Under the pieces are notes generated by a model. The model was given only the letters and a program-made list of their open reading frames with translations, was not told where the DNA came from and ran no database searches. Both the position numbers and the translations under genes were made by a program. From positions 64,001 to 128,000 of IMG/VR virus record IMGVR_UViG_3300050821_010639: a stretch of DNA of 64,000 nucleotides; one strand, 5' to 3'. The DNA is from a virus. Positions 30,349 to 40,788 of the stretch are shown here, piece by piece. The number at the start of each line of letters is the position of its first letter. The stretch's first letter is position 1.

Positions 30349-30859
30349 TTCCCTCTCCTCTCTTAGTCAGCGGGTACTCGCGGCGGTAGCCGAGCAGCGC
30401 CTCCAGCGGGTAGCGCGCGCCGCGTGCCTTGCGCGCCGCGGTCAGCGCCTCCTGTGCCGCGGCCACCCGGCGCTGAGCGTCAGCGAGGTCCGCCGCCGCC
30501 TCGTCGCGCGCATGCTCAGCAGCCACCAGGCCGGTCACGTCCGCCTCTTCCTCGATCCTGGCCACCAGGGCCAGGCCCTCGTCCGTCAGCCCGTAGTACG
30601 AGCGGGTGTGCAGCGTCCGCTTGCTGGCCAGGCGGCGCTTGTGGAGCCCGCGCGCGGTCCTGTCCAGGTCGGCGATGCCGCGCAGGTTGCCGACCTCGCC
30701 GCCCAGCATCAGGCCGTCGGACACCAGGTCGGTGATGGTGAACATCGTGTGGTGCCCGCTCGGGCACGCGGCGGTCGGCTCGCGCCGGCGCGCGGTCGCG
30801 TCGCGCAGCCCCACGAGAACGACGATGGCGCTCTCGCTCAGGGTCTCGATCTCTGCCAT
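30341..30859 (-). CDS. Winged-helix-like protein with coiled coil
   Basis: RGLHKRRLA...YGLTDEG wing motif; leader box 30864, promoter 30912. Confidence 0.5.
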   Translation of the reverse strand: MAEIETLSESAIVVLVGLRDATARRREPTAACPSGHHTMFTITDLVSDGLMLGGEVGNLRGIADLDRTARGLHKRRLASKRTLHTRSYYGLTDEGLALVARIEEEADVTGLVAAEHARDEAAADLADAQRRVAAAQEALTAARKARGARYPLEALLGYRREYPLTKRGEGNA

Positions 30860-31985
30860 CGGGTGCCTGCCCTCTGCTCGGAAGTGCTTACGACACCAGG
30901 CTACCGGATGACTTGACTTGAGTCAAGAGAGTGAGGATATTCCGCTCACGGGCGGCACATGCCCGCGTAGTCGCAGGGCTCGCCCTCGAAGCAGCCGCCA
31001 GGACCCGGGCACCTGCCCTCGTTGGCCGAGTAGCCCGGCGGGGTGACCGGCACCCACGGGTCTAGCCTGGCGTCGGCGCGGGCGCACCCGCCGCGCTCGA
31101 TGTACTGCCGCCAGCCCTCCTCGCTGCCGTGGCAGAGCATGCTCGCGGTGACCTTGACCATTTCGAGCACGGCCAGGGCAAAGGTGTCAGCTGCCTGCTC
31201 CCTCGGCAAGCCGATGTGCCCGATGCCCTCGACCCGGACGTACAGGACGGGAGTGAACTCAGCCATCGTCAGCAGTGCGGGCAGTCGTTGGCGTCACCGG
31301 AAACCGGAAGGCTGGCTACCGGGCGCTCGCGCTGCTGCCAGGCCGGGTAGCCCTCCAGGGGCTCGCCCGCCTCGAACCGCTCGGCGTAGAGCTTGGCTGA
31401 CTCGGCGAGCGCCGCCAGCTCGGGCTTCCCGCCAGGGCGGCCGGGGCCGCGGCCGAGCGGAAAGGCGATGGCGCTCTCCGCTGCCTCGCGAGCGATCACA
31501 GCCGTCAGGTTCACGGCAGCGGCACTGATCGAGAAGCGGCACAGCCGGACCTCCCGCTCTCCGGTGAGGACCAGGTAACCATGCCTGCTCCCGTAGGCGA
31601 ACGCGCAAGTCTCGCCGTGTATCCACTCCATCAGGTCCCCCCCAGTCCGAGCATTTCCGGCCGATGCCCCAGGGCAAGCCACGTCAGTCCTCCCTGGCGT
31701 ACTCGGCCACCCGGCCAGCAGGTGACCCGAGCCAGGGCTGCGCCTGGGGCGGGGCCGGGCGCTCCCGGCCGCCGGTGAGCCAGCCGTGCCATAGCAGGGT
31801 GCCGTCGTCCTCGAAAACCACGGCGTAGTCGTCCGTGGAGATGTCGCTCCGGTCGGTGTCGGTGTAGTCGGTGATGACGCCGGCGGTGTCCCCGCCGGCG
31901 TCCAGGGCTGCGCGGATGGCCGGCTCCTGGTACTCCTCGTCAGCGTCGATCCGCCCTTCGCCGACCTTGAAAACCTTGATCTTCA

Positions 31986-32765
31986 CTACTCGGGCTCCCT
32001 TCCGAAGAACGCGGCGAGGCTGGCCCTGGCCGTCTCTACCGAGCGCAGGTCCAGGTGCGAGCGGAGGTTGGCGGCGGCACCAGCCAGCCCGGAAAGGGCC
32101 ACCGGGTCAGTCGAGCCAGTGGCCCACGCTACGACCACGGTGAGGTCGTGCACAGGGTCGTAGACCTTGCGCGGCGTCTCGGTGTAGCGGTCCACGAGCG
32201 TGACCCAGGACGCGATGTCGCCGACGTTGAACTGCTGGCCGGGGATGTCCGTCCGGCGCGCGCTCTCGCGGAACTCCGTTATCACGTCCTCGGAAATTCC
32301 TGCCGCGCGCATGCCCTGCTCGGCGCGGGCCCGGAGCGTGACGGTGTTGGCGTCAGTACCGCAGGCCGCGCCGCCAACGTCCGCAGCGTGCACCAGCAGG
32401 CCGACTTCGACCTCAGGGAAACGCGGCGCGTCCACCACGCCGGCGCGCTGCATGACCGACCACGCGCGCCCGGGGGTCAGCTTCCGCTTCAGCAGGATGA
32501 TGACGTGCGCCACGAACACGGGCGCGTAGTTCACGCCATCGGGCAGCTGGTCGCCGAACCGCTCGAAGAACGGCTCAGTCTGGTCAAGGAACATGTCGTG
32601 GTCAACGGTCAGTTCGAGCACGTCGGCCACGTCCGCGCCGTTCAGCCGCGGGTAGCTCCGCGCGACCCTGCCCAGGAACAGCACCCGCTCGGCCTCGGTC
32701 AGCGAGTGCGCGACCGCCAGGAGCGCCGCCTCGCGCTCCGCGTCCTGCATCTGGTCTGGTGTCAT
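31986..32765 (-). CDS. Hypothetical protein sharing a domain with 23434..23850
   Basis: PRFPEVEV...GMRAAGISEDVITEFRE vs VRYPDVRV...AMRARAVPLAELREFRQ; promoter 32812. Confidence 0.55.
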   Translation of the reverse strand: MTPDQMQDAEREAALLAVAHSLTEAERVLFLGRVARSYPRLNGADVADVLELTVDHDMFLDQTEPFFERFGDQLPDGVNYAPVFVAHVIILLKRKLTPGRAWSVMQRAGVVDAPRFPEVEVGLLVHAADVGGAACGTDANTVTLRARAEQGMRAAGISEDVITEFRESARRTDIPGQQFNVGDIASWVTLVDRYTETPRKVYDPVHDLTVVVAWATGSTDPVALSGLAGAAANLRSHLDLRSVETARASLAAFFGREPE

Positions 32766-32955
32766 GCGCCCGCCCTTCTCTCGGTGCCTGTGGTCCCATC
32801 GTAGGCCATGGCTTGACTCTGGTCAAGCAAAGAGCGGCCCCCGCACCAGGGGTGGTGGGCGGGGGCCGCTCGCTCAGGGGTGCCGGGTCAGGAGTACCTG
32901 CCCTTCGGTTGATTTCCTGGCTACAGGTTAGGTTACGGCTTGACTTGAGTCAAGA

Positions 32956-33954
32956 CTAGAAGGGCGGTATGTCGCTCTCGGGGCCCGGGGACGACTCAGG
33001 CACGGTACCCGCCGTACGCCGCTTGGGGCGGAGCTGGTGGATGTCAGGGCCGCGCTCGGGGCAGCCGCACGCGCGGTCCTTGCACTCCGGGCAGTCGCCA
33101 ACCCAGCACGAGAGGCACGTGGGCTTCTGCCCGCCGCGCCCCGGGCCCGCCGACGGCTTCGGCGCGGCGGGCGCGCGCTGCGCACGGGCCTTGGCCTTCT
33201 GGTAGCCGGACTTAGGGCGGCGGCCGAGCGGGGACGGCCGCCCGGCGAGCTGGCGGCCATCCCCGCCGAACCGCTTGCGCGAGACAGGCCAGAACAGCGC
33301 GCAGCCGTGGCCGGTGAACTCGTCTTCGAGAATGTGCAGCGCCATGCCTGCCGCCACCAGCCACCACAGGTCGGGGCGGGCGTAGACGACGGCCAGGGCG
33401 GCGATGCCGCACCCGGTGAGCGCCCGGCGCAGGCTCCCGTGATGGCGGTTCCGGCCGTGCCCGCCGTGAGTGAGGAAGCCAGTCGCCTTCAGCCCGGCCA
33501 CCACGCAGACCGCGATGAACAGGGCGAGGCCGCCCAGCGCCCAGCGGTTCGGCCACCAGTCGGCGCAGCTGGCCGTGACCAGGGCCATGAGCCCGATGCC
33601 GAACAGGGAGTGGAACCCCTGCCGGTGCCCGCCGAACAGCACCGCGACCAGGTGACTGGCACCGTGGCTCAGCGCGCCCGCCGAGTAGGCGAACGTCGCC
33701 TTGGGGTGGTCCGCGTCGGGCAGCAGGGCGAAGCCGGCGACCAGGGCGCCGTACAGCAGGTCGTGGCCGATGTTCCCGGCGACGGCGATGCCGTGCGCGT
33801 GCGGGGTGCTGGTCAGCAGGCCGAGGCCGGCCCCCAGCAGCAGCCCCGTAGCTGCGTGGGTGGTGCCCTCCATGTCGCCCTCGTGCTCCCCAGAGCGGTC
33901 TTTCGCCCTGACTGTGTAAGCGGTCCGGTAGCCCGGTGCTGTCGCGGTTGCCAT
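32956..33954 (-). CDS. Membrane-bound metal-dependent hydrolase (YdjM/DUF457-like)
   Basis: TH...G, LPDADH, GHRQGFHS, HILED motifs plus TM helices; alternative start 33873. Confidence 0.75.
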   Translation of the reverse strand: MATATAPGYRTAYTVRAKDRSGEHEGDMEGTTHAATGLLLGAGLGLLTSTPHAHGIAVAGNIGHDLLYGALVAGFALLPDADHPKATFAYSAGALSHGASHLVAVLFGGHRQGFHSLFGIGLMALVTASCADWWPNRWALGGLALFIAVCVVAGLKATGFLTHGGHGRNRHHGSLRRALTGCGIAALAVVYARPDLWWLVAAGMALHILEDEFTGHGCALFWPVSRKRFGGDGRQLAGRPSPLGRRPKSGYQKAKARAQRAPAAPKPSAGPGRGGQKPTCLSCWVGDCPECKDRACGCPERGPDIHQLRPKRRTAGTVPESSPGPESDIPPF

Positions 33955-35670
33955 AGCCCAAGTCTAACCTATGTCTTGTCTTGAGTAAAGAGAAAATATC
34001 TACCGGGGACGGTGGCGCGAGCCGCGCTGCGGGCGCTCGAAGTCCTGCCAGCGGGCCGCGTAGCCCTCGCGGCGGGCGGGCGCCACCGGGGCAGGCGGCA
34101 GCACCACCCGCGCCGGCCCGGCCTGTCCCCGTGCGTAAGCCCGGTAAGCGGCCCGGCCCGCGGGGCTGAGCCGCCAGCGGACGTAACGAAGGGTCTTCAT
34201 CAGTGCCTCCCCTGTGTCGTGGTGAGTAGTGCAGGTAGAACCTGAACAGCAGCCCGGTATGCAGGGCCAGGGCGACGGCCCCGGTCCCGTAGCCGAGCGC
34301 GGTCACCCAGTGCCGGCCCGCCAGGCCGAAAACGCAAGTGGCCGCCAGCGCCGCCGCTGCCATGGAGAGCAGGACGACGCCGGCGGCACGCAGCGCCTGC
34401 GCCCGGTCAGCCGGGCTGGGCACTGCCCAGCAGCTCGCGCAGGACTTCGGTGAAGGCGATGGCGCGGAACCTCTCGCGCTCCGCGCGGCAGCCCGCGTCC
34501 ACGGCCCCGAGCGGGAGCGCCTTGGTGACCAGGGCCTCCGCGCCCTTGACCGCGGTCGTCATGTCTTCGCTAGTAGGCGGCACGGTTCAGAACCTCCGGC
34601 TGATCCGGGTGCCGAACGGCCCCGGGATGGACGCCCACACGGACAGGCCGTGACGGCGGCGCTTGCGGTAGTGGTGGCCGTGGTACAGCGCGTAAAGCAC
34701 CACCACGATGACGACGATGGCAGCTGCCACGCCTAGCTCCTTACCCGGGCGCGGCTGCGCCCGCCGGTAGCCGCCCGGTCGCGCCGCACCCGGGCCAGGG
34801 TGGCGAGCCGCAAGGCCCGGTTCCTGGCCTGGCACAGCGCCGGGTCGGTGTTCCACGCGTCGATGCCGACGCGGTGGGTGGTGTCGTAAATCCAGTCCTG
34901 GACGGTGCCCAGCCAGCGCTCCGCGCTCTCGGCGCGGTCAGCCTCGCTCATGACAGGAGCCGCCTTTCGAAGTCGGCCATGTCCGTGTCGTGGATCATGG
35001 ACTCGTCGCGCGGCAGCGGCTCGCCGTCAGGGCCGAGCCGCCAGTGGTGCACGGTCACGTCAAGCCGCCGGCCGGCCGGGTCGCGGCCGGCACGCGGCGC
35101 CGGGTCCTCCCGGCCGTCCTCGCGGCCCAGCTGGCCGGCGCACTCGCCGCAAACCGGCCACCGGCCGAGCAGCAGCCGGTCAGCCGGCCGGCCGCAGGCC
35201 TCGATGCACGGCTCGCGCGGCTGCTGGGCCGGCCGGGCCGCGCGGTAACGGACAGCCGGCTGAGCGGCCGGCTCGCGGTAACGGACGGGCCTGGCCAGCC
35301 GGCCGCCGGACAGTCGCGCGGCCCCGGCCGCCAGCAGGCACAGGCCGGCCAGCGACACCAGGGCGAGCACGCCGATGACGACGATCTCGTGCAGCCCGCT
35401 GCGGTGCGGGTACAGGACCGCGCCCAGCACCAGGGCGACGGCCAGGATGGCCCGCTTCACCGCGCGGCCCTCGTCCTGGCGTGCTCGCGCCGGCGTGCCA
35501 GCCGCCGGTCCAGGTCGGTGAGCCCGACCTCGATGACGGTGGCCTGGTGACGCTCCAGCAGCTCAGCCAGGCTGGCGCGGTTGCGCTCCTCCAGCTTCAG
35601 GTCGGCCGCGGCAGGCGGCCCCAGCTTCTCCGGCATTACATCAGCTCCTCCTCAGTTGCTTAACCCGAGT

Positions 35671-36027
35671 CTAGCCAGTGGCTTGACTGCGGTCAAGAGA
35701 CCGGGAGAGCCTGCCCGCCGGCTTGTCGAATGAGGCCACCCGCTTGCGCAGCGTCTCGGTCGTGCCGAGCGTGTTGTGCTCTGGCTGGTAGAAGTCGATC
35801 AGGGTCAGCTGCCGGATGCACGCCTGCGGTTCGTGGACTGCCGGGATGAGGTACACCTGCCGCGGGTCGTACTGCTCGCGGTAGGTGTAGCTGTGGTCGC
35901 GCAGCCTGCTCAGCAGGTGGTCGGAGAGCCCGACGTAGAAAACGTGGCCGTCGGCGCGGTCGCTCAGCGCGTAGACCCACCACCCGGACAGGTCAGGGAG
36001 CATCTTCGCGCCGTAGACCTCAAGCAT
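35671..36027 (-). CDS. GIY-YIG nuclease domain protein
   Basis: WVYAL...FYVGLS..L.SRLRDH; start uncertain. Confidence 0.65.
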   Translation of the reverse strand: MLEVYGAKMLPDLSGWWVYALSDRADGHVFYVGLSDHLLSRLRDHSYTYREQYDPRQVYLIPAVHEPQACIRQLTLIDFYQPEHNTLGTTETLRKRVASFDKPAGRLSRSLDRSQATG

Positions 36028-37829
36028 CGACGGCGCGGGGGCGGGGGCGGCCAGGGCAGGGGCACGGCGGAACAGCGGCACGGCAAACCTCCGGTTAGGG
36101 CACATCTCACTGACCTGGGAGAAGTTAACTTCCCTCACGAGCCGGCAACCAGCGGCACGGCGGCACGGGGAGTCCGAGCCTCCGTTTAGCACAACTCGCT
36201 GACCTGCGCAATCACTGTCAGCGGCCCGGGTGCGATACCGGCAATCACCCTGACACGGCGCCGGACGGGCTGACAGGCAGCACAGCCGAATATTCTTCGG
36301 CGCGGCCGGTGAGGGAACGTAAGAATATTCGGCGGGCGCGGGGGCAAAACGGGCGGATACCGAAAAATTTCCCGCTAGCGGCGGGTTCCGCCGCGTCGCC
36401 GCAGGCTGTCGAGGTACACCAGGAACACCGCGCAGGCGATGCAGACCACCCCGGCGAGCGCGTAGGCCCCGGTACTGGCGTCCAGCGAGGCTGCCACGAC
36501 AGCGCCCAGGCCAGCCAGGAGCGCCCACGTGCGCGCGGTTCGGGTCGTCACGGCGGCAATCACTCCCGGGTGCCCGGCGGCCCGGCAGCGGGCCGCTCAG
36601 GGCCAGGATATCCTGCGGGAGATGAGCGGGAACGGCGAAGGAAGTGCGGCCCGGAGCGCCACGCTGCGGCCCTGGGGCGCTCCTCGCGGGCGCGTGAGGC
36701 CCGGCGGGCCCGTTTCGGGCTGCTACGGGGCTCCTGGGGGCCCTGGCGGGCCTCTCAGGGCCAGCCTGGGGGCTACAGAGCGTGTTCGTCAGCGTCAGGT
36801 TCGGTTTTTCCCGTTTGGCCTTCGGCTTTTCCGGAACAGTGGTCCGGTTAGCGGGCCCGCACGGCTCACGGGCCCCTCGCGCGAAAGCTCCTGACACGCT
36901 CACCGGGGCCTCCGCCCAGTCGTCGGCCTCCGGCCGTTTACCACGCTGTACGCGCTCACCGCGTCACCTCGTGCCCGAGGAACACGGCCCGCTCCCCCGC
37001 CGGCCTGGACGAGCACGACCGGCCGCCGCCCCCGTCCACGTAGCCGTCCGGGCGCCAGAACACCGGCGCCCCGCAGTGAGCGCACGCCTCGCTGTCCTCC
37101 AGGGCGACGACCGCGCCCGCCGCGGCGTGAGCCTCCTGCACCGGGTACGTGGCGATGACCCGCCCCAGCACCTTCCCCGTCGCCTGGCGCACCGCGTCCC
37201 GCGTCATCCGGACGGCCATCTCCGCCTGCACGTCCTCCAGCAGGCGGCCCTCGAACCGGGACCCGGGGCCGCTGCCCTCGGCCTCGTAGTTGCGCTCGAT
37301 GCGAGCGAGGGCGTCGGCTACCTCCCTGACCAGCGGGTCTGAGGGGCGGGGCTTGTTCGGGGAGTTCTGCGCCGTACTCACCCCGGCAGCCCCCTCAGCG
37401 CTACGCCCTTCGCCTTCAGCTCGTCGAGGATGTCCTGCTCGGTGCGCCCGTAGTGAACGACGATGACCATCTCCGGCAGCCCGAGCGCCCGCAGGTCTTC
37501 CTTCCTGACCCTGACGGGCTCGCCCGCTGCCAGCCGGGTCACGTTCTCCCCGGACAGGCCCAGGAACAGCAGGTCCGTCCCGAATGCCGTCTTGCCGGCT
37601 GCCTTGATCACGTCTCCTCCTCAGGCCCGACCCGCCACCGGCACTCCGGGTGACGGCACGTCATCTGGACAAGCCCCTGGTCAGCCAGGGACTGCATCAG
37701 GTCGGCCACCCTGGACGGGGTGTTCACGTAGACCTGCACCTCCGGGTCGGCCTGGATCGCGCGCAGGGTGACGATCCCGTCGACCGCCGCCCTGCGCGCC
37801 GCTGCCAGCACGATGTCCGCTACCCGCAC

Positions 37830-39845
37830 TTACCGCTCCTCGCTGTCCGCTGCCCTGGCCGGGGGCGGGGTGACCCGCCACAGCCTGCGGTTGCCGCCCC
37901 CCACCTGACTGGTACGGCCGAACGGGACCATGCCGTCGAGCGCGGTGTAGATCCAGCCGCGCGAGCGGTTGACCGTGGCCTTGAACTCCTTGCGGGACAT
38001 GATCTCGTGCGCGCCGACCACCTCGGTGCCCTCGGCGTACATCTTCAGCAGCAGGCTCCACAGCGCCTCCTCCGCCCGCACCGCCTGGTGGTCCTGCGGG
38101 TGGGCGGCCGGGACCGGCTGGCCCCAGGGGCCGGCCACCACCGTGGAGTCCTTGCGGGGGCGGCCGGGGCCGCGCCGCTGCTCGGCCCCGGGAACCTGGC
38201 CGCCGTAGCCGGACACCTCGCTGGCCGGGCGGCCGGGCTCGGCCTCGAACGCCTCGCCGGTCACGTCGTCCCACGGCCGGGAGGCGGCCGGCCAGTCCGC
38301 CATGTACGCGGCGACGGCCTGGCCGGCCGCCGGGGACCGGCCCCAGTCGAGGAACCGGACCGGCATGGCCGCCTCGCGCTCGGACATCCCCTCGAAGTCG
38401 GCCACCGCCGTGCCCTTCTGGCTGTCGCGCCACAGGGTGGGGCGGACCCCGGCCTTCATCTGCCGGTCCGACAGCGCCGTCTTGACGTCGTTGGCGTCGT
38501 CCAGCCCGAAGGTGATCGGGTGGAAGTTACCGCGGACCTCGGTCGGGAAGGACTTGTAGCCGCCGCTCTGGTTGGAGACGTTCCAGCTCATGCCGGAGGA
38601 CCGGCCCGCCCGGACGTTGGTGAACCAGGTCTTCATGTCGAACGGCTGGCGGGTGCTGCCCCTGGACGCCTCGGCGAGGGCGTCAAGGATCTCGCCCAGC
38701 TCCTCCAGCGCGATGTCCAGGTAAGTCAGGCCGCAGCCCAGCGTCCACTCGGTCATGTGGTTCTTGCTCAGGTAGTCCAGCCGGGCCACCCGCACCCGCT
38801 CCAGCGCGGTGAACAGCCTCAGCGCGCTGGCCGGGTCGATGGCAGCCGCGTGCAGGCCCGCCCGGACCGGGCCGAGGAACTGCCACAGCTTGGTGACGTC
38901 CACCGCGACCATCGCGTAGCCCTCGCGGGTGACGCCCTCGGCCAGCCGGTTCCACAGCCAGCTCATGGTCTTGCCGCTGCCGGTCATGCCGGCCGCCCGG
39001 GTGTGGGAGACGGGCAGCATGCTCAGCAGCCACGGCTCGCCGTCCTGGCGCACGGCCAGGCGGAACGGGACGGACATGTCCGCGCCGGGCGCGCTCGGGC
39101 CGGTCCACGGCCACGGCTGCGCGAGCACGGCCGGGTCCGAGACGGTGTAGTCGGCGAAGCCGCCGTGCCCGGCGTTCTGGGTCAGGCCCAGCGCGCCGGG
39201 CGGGAAGCCCATCGCCCCCTCCAGGTTGGCGGCGCGGGCGGCGGCGTCGGCCGGGGTGACCTCGCCGCCGTCCAGCGCCACCGTGCCTGACAGGACCCGG
39301 CCCCGCCGCCCGCGCGGCTTCGGCGCGGCCGGGACGCCGCGCGGGCGGCGGGCGGCCGGCAGGACGCGCGCGGTACCCAGGCCGGCCTTCTCCGTGGCCG
39401 CGCCGAAGCCCACCGACATGTCGTGGTGCGCGGCGTGGTGCAGCCAGGCGTCCCAGCCGATCGAGCCGGCGATGCCGCCGAACGCCCACACCAGGACCAG
39501 CGGCACCCAGTACCCGGCCAGCAGGAACGCGCCGGCCATCGCGGCGCCCGCGCCGATGGTGACCGGGCCGATGGACCGGCCGGCCACCGACATCCGGTGA
39601 CGGCGCAGGTGCCAGTCGAACGCCGCCGTGCCGATGCCGCTCAGCAGCACCAGCGCGGCGGTCAGCCCGATCCACTCGCCGTGGTCGATGACCTTGCCGA
39701 GCGCGATGTAGAGCGCGTTGCCCATGATGGTGACCGCGAGGAAGATGGCCCACGGCACGCCCATGCGGACCAGCACGCTCAGCGTCTCGCTGCGGGCGTG
39801 CCTGGCCTGCTGCTTCATGGTCGGCGTGGTGTCGTTCGACGGCAT
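37830..39845 (-). CDS. TraB/TraSA-like FtsK-SpoIIIE family DNA translocase
   Basis: N-terminal TM helices, Walker A GMTGSGKT, LEE Walker B-like, RAGRSSG and SNQ motifs, C-terminal winged helix. Confidence 0.75.
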   Translation of the reverse strand: MPSNDTTPTMKQQARHARSETLSVLVRMGVPWAIFLAVTIMGNALYIALGKVIDHGEWIGLTAALVLLSGIGTAAFDWHLRRHRMSVAGRSIGPVTIGAGAAMAGAFLLAGYWVPLVLVWAFGGIAGSIGWDAWLHHAAHHDMSVGFGAATEKAGLGTARVLPAARRPRGVPAAPKPRGRRGRVLSGTVALDGGEVTPADAAARAANLEGAMGFPPGALGLTQNAGHGGFADYTVSDPAVLAQPWPWTGPSAPGADMSVPFRLAVRQDGEPWLLSMLPVSHTRAAGMTGSGKTMSWLWNRLAEGVTREGYAMVAVDVTKLWQFLGPVRAGLHAAAIDPASALRLFTALERVRVARLDYLSKNHMTEWTLGCGLTYLDIALEELGEILDALAEASRGSTRQPFDMKTWFTNVRAGRSSGMSWNVSNQSGGYKSFPTEVRGNFHPITFGLDDANDVKTALSDRQMKAGVRPTLWRDSQKGTAVADFEGMSEREAAMPVRFLDWGRSPAAGQAVAAYMADWPAASRPWDDVTGEAFEAEPGRPASEVSGYGGQVPGAEQRRGPGRPRKDSTVVAGPWGQPVPAAHPQDHQAVRAEEALWSLLLKMYAEGTEVVGAHEIMSRKEFKATVNRSRGWIYTALDGMVPFGRTSQVGGGNRRLWRVTPPPARAADSEER

Positions 39846-39846
39846 G

Positions 39847-40788
39847 TCAGGCCACCTCCTCCAGGTTCCCGTCCGCCAGCGCCTTCAGCAGCTGGTCGGC
39901 CTTGTGCTTGCTGACCTGGTAGGTACGCCAGATCTCGTTGCGGCTCATGGACGCAAGGACGCGCCGCAGCTCGTCCCTGCCCTCCGGCAGCGGCAGCCGG
40001 TCGTCGCCCACCGCCTTGACCCCGCGCGGCTTGGCAGCCGGGCGCTGGGACAGGCCCATGGACGGGCCGACCACCGGGATGGCGAACCGGGGCAGCTGCG
40101 CTGGCTCAGGAGCAGCCGCGGGGCTCACCAGGCCCCACGGCGCTCCCTCCGGGCGCGGGCTGAGGGTCAGCGCCCGGGACAGGTCACGGCATGCCGTGAC
40201 CTCTGGCTCCGGCCCGGGTGCGGCGGGCTCAGGTGCCTGCGGGAGAAGCTCGGCGGCGATGCGCGCCATCGCCAGCGGGGCAGCGGCCAGGACAGAGGCG
40301 ACCGACGGCTTAGCGTCGCCCTGGACACGGCGGCGGTACCGCAGCCACATCTCGAACAGGAAGGTCGAGCAGGCGAACGCCTGCGCCGGGACCGTGGACC
40401 ACAGCGCCGCGCCCAGGTTGTGCCCCTGCACCGCGGCCACGATGACCTGGTGGCCCTGCATGACCGCGGGGTGGGCGGCCCAGCCGCTCGCCCAGTTGGC
40501 GAGCAGCGACTCGACCAGGCCCGGCAGGAAGCCGACCAGGCCCCACCACCGGCCCTTGCCCTTGACCTCCATCAGGATGACCGACCCGATGGCGATCTGG
40601 CCGTCCACGGTCAGCGGCATCAGGTGCGCGGTCTTCCAGCTCTGGTTCTCGGTGATGGTCAGCGCGCTGATGTGGGTGTAGGAAATGAAGCCGGTGGAGG
40701 CAGCCACGACGGCCAGCGACAGGCCGACGACCAGCGCGGAGGCCCGCTCGCGCGCCGCCTTAATCACACCGCCGAGGAACTCGAACAT
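39847..40788 (-). CDS. DUF2637-like (Spd-type) membrane protein
   Basis: FISYTHI...AHLMPLTVDG TM signature, Pro-rich linker, C-terminal HTH. Confidence 0.65.
   Translation of the reverse strand: MFEFLGGVIKAARERASALVVGLSLAVVAASTGFISYTHISALTITENQSWKTAHLMPLTVDGQIAIGSVILMEVKGKGRWWGLVGFLPGLVESLLANWASGWAAHPAVMQGHQVIVAAVQGHNLGAALWSTVPAQAFACSTFLFEMWLRYRRRVQGDAKPSVASVLAAAPLAMARIAAELLPQAPEPAAPGPEPEVTACRDLSRALTLSPRPEGAPWGLVSPAAAPEPAQLPRFAIPVVGPSMGLSQRPAAKPRGVKAVGDDRLPLPEGRDELRRVLASMSRNEIWRTYQVSKHKADQLLKALADGNLEEVA

Larger units (their letters stand above)
4424..30872 (-). promoter_or_regulatory. Start-associated leader box (A)GGGCAGGCA, often preceded by GGCAACCGA
   Basis: TGCCTGCCC on the + strand at 4424, 5270, 5784, 6142, 6483, 6790, 8007, 10994, 12724, 13310, 13435, 13940, 14553, 14842, 16396, 18760, 20054, 20350, 23852, 30864; all but 13435 lie a few nt upstream of a start codon. 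Confidence 0.85.
3090..35697 (-). promoter_or_regulatory. Dispersed family of SigA/HrdB-type promoters with the palindrome CTTGAC-N4-GTCAAG over the -35 element
   Basis: Intact copies start at 3939, 4473, 5831, 6188, 6846, 9371, 9715, 11043, 12050, 13364, 14599, 14888, 16442, 17141, 18806, 20098, 20402, 20714, 23896, 24487, 28751, 30912, 32812, 32939, 35682; degenerate copies at 1793, 3090, 3494, 3517, 5333, 15014, 21105, 33975, 35659, 43153. On the minus strand TTGAC(T/A) is followed 17-18 nt later by TANNNT (TATGTT at the 12050 copy, TACAGT at 18806, TATCGT at 5831). Confidence 0.9.

Noticed and set aside
3090-35697. CTTGACTTGAGTCAAG repeats as a CRISPR array
   Set aside because: Only 16 bp, spaced by hundreds to thousands of bp containing whole genes, no cas genes; they fit promoter geometry.
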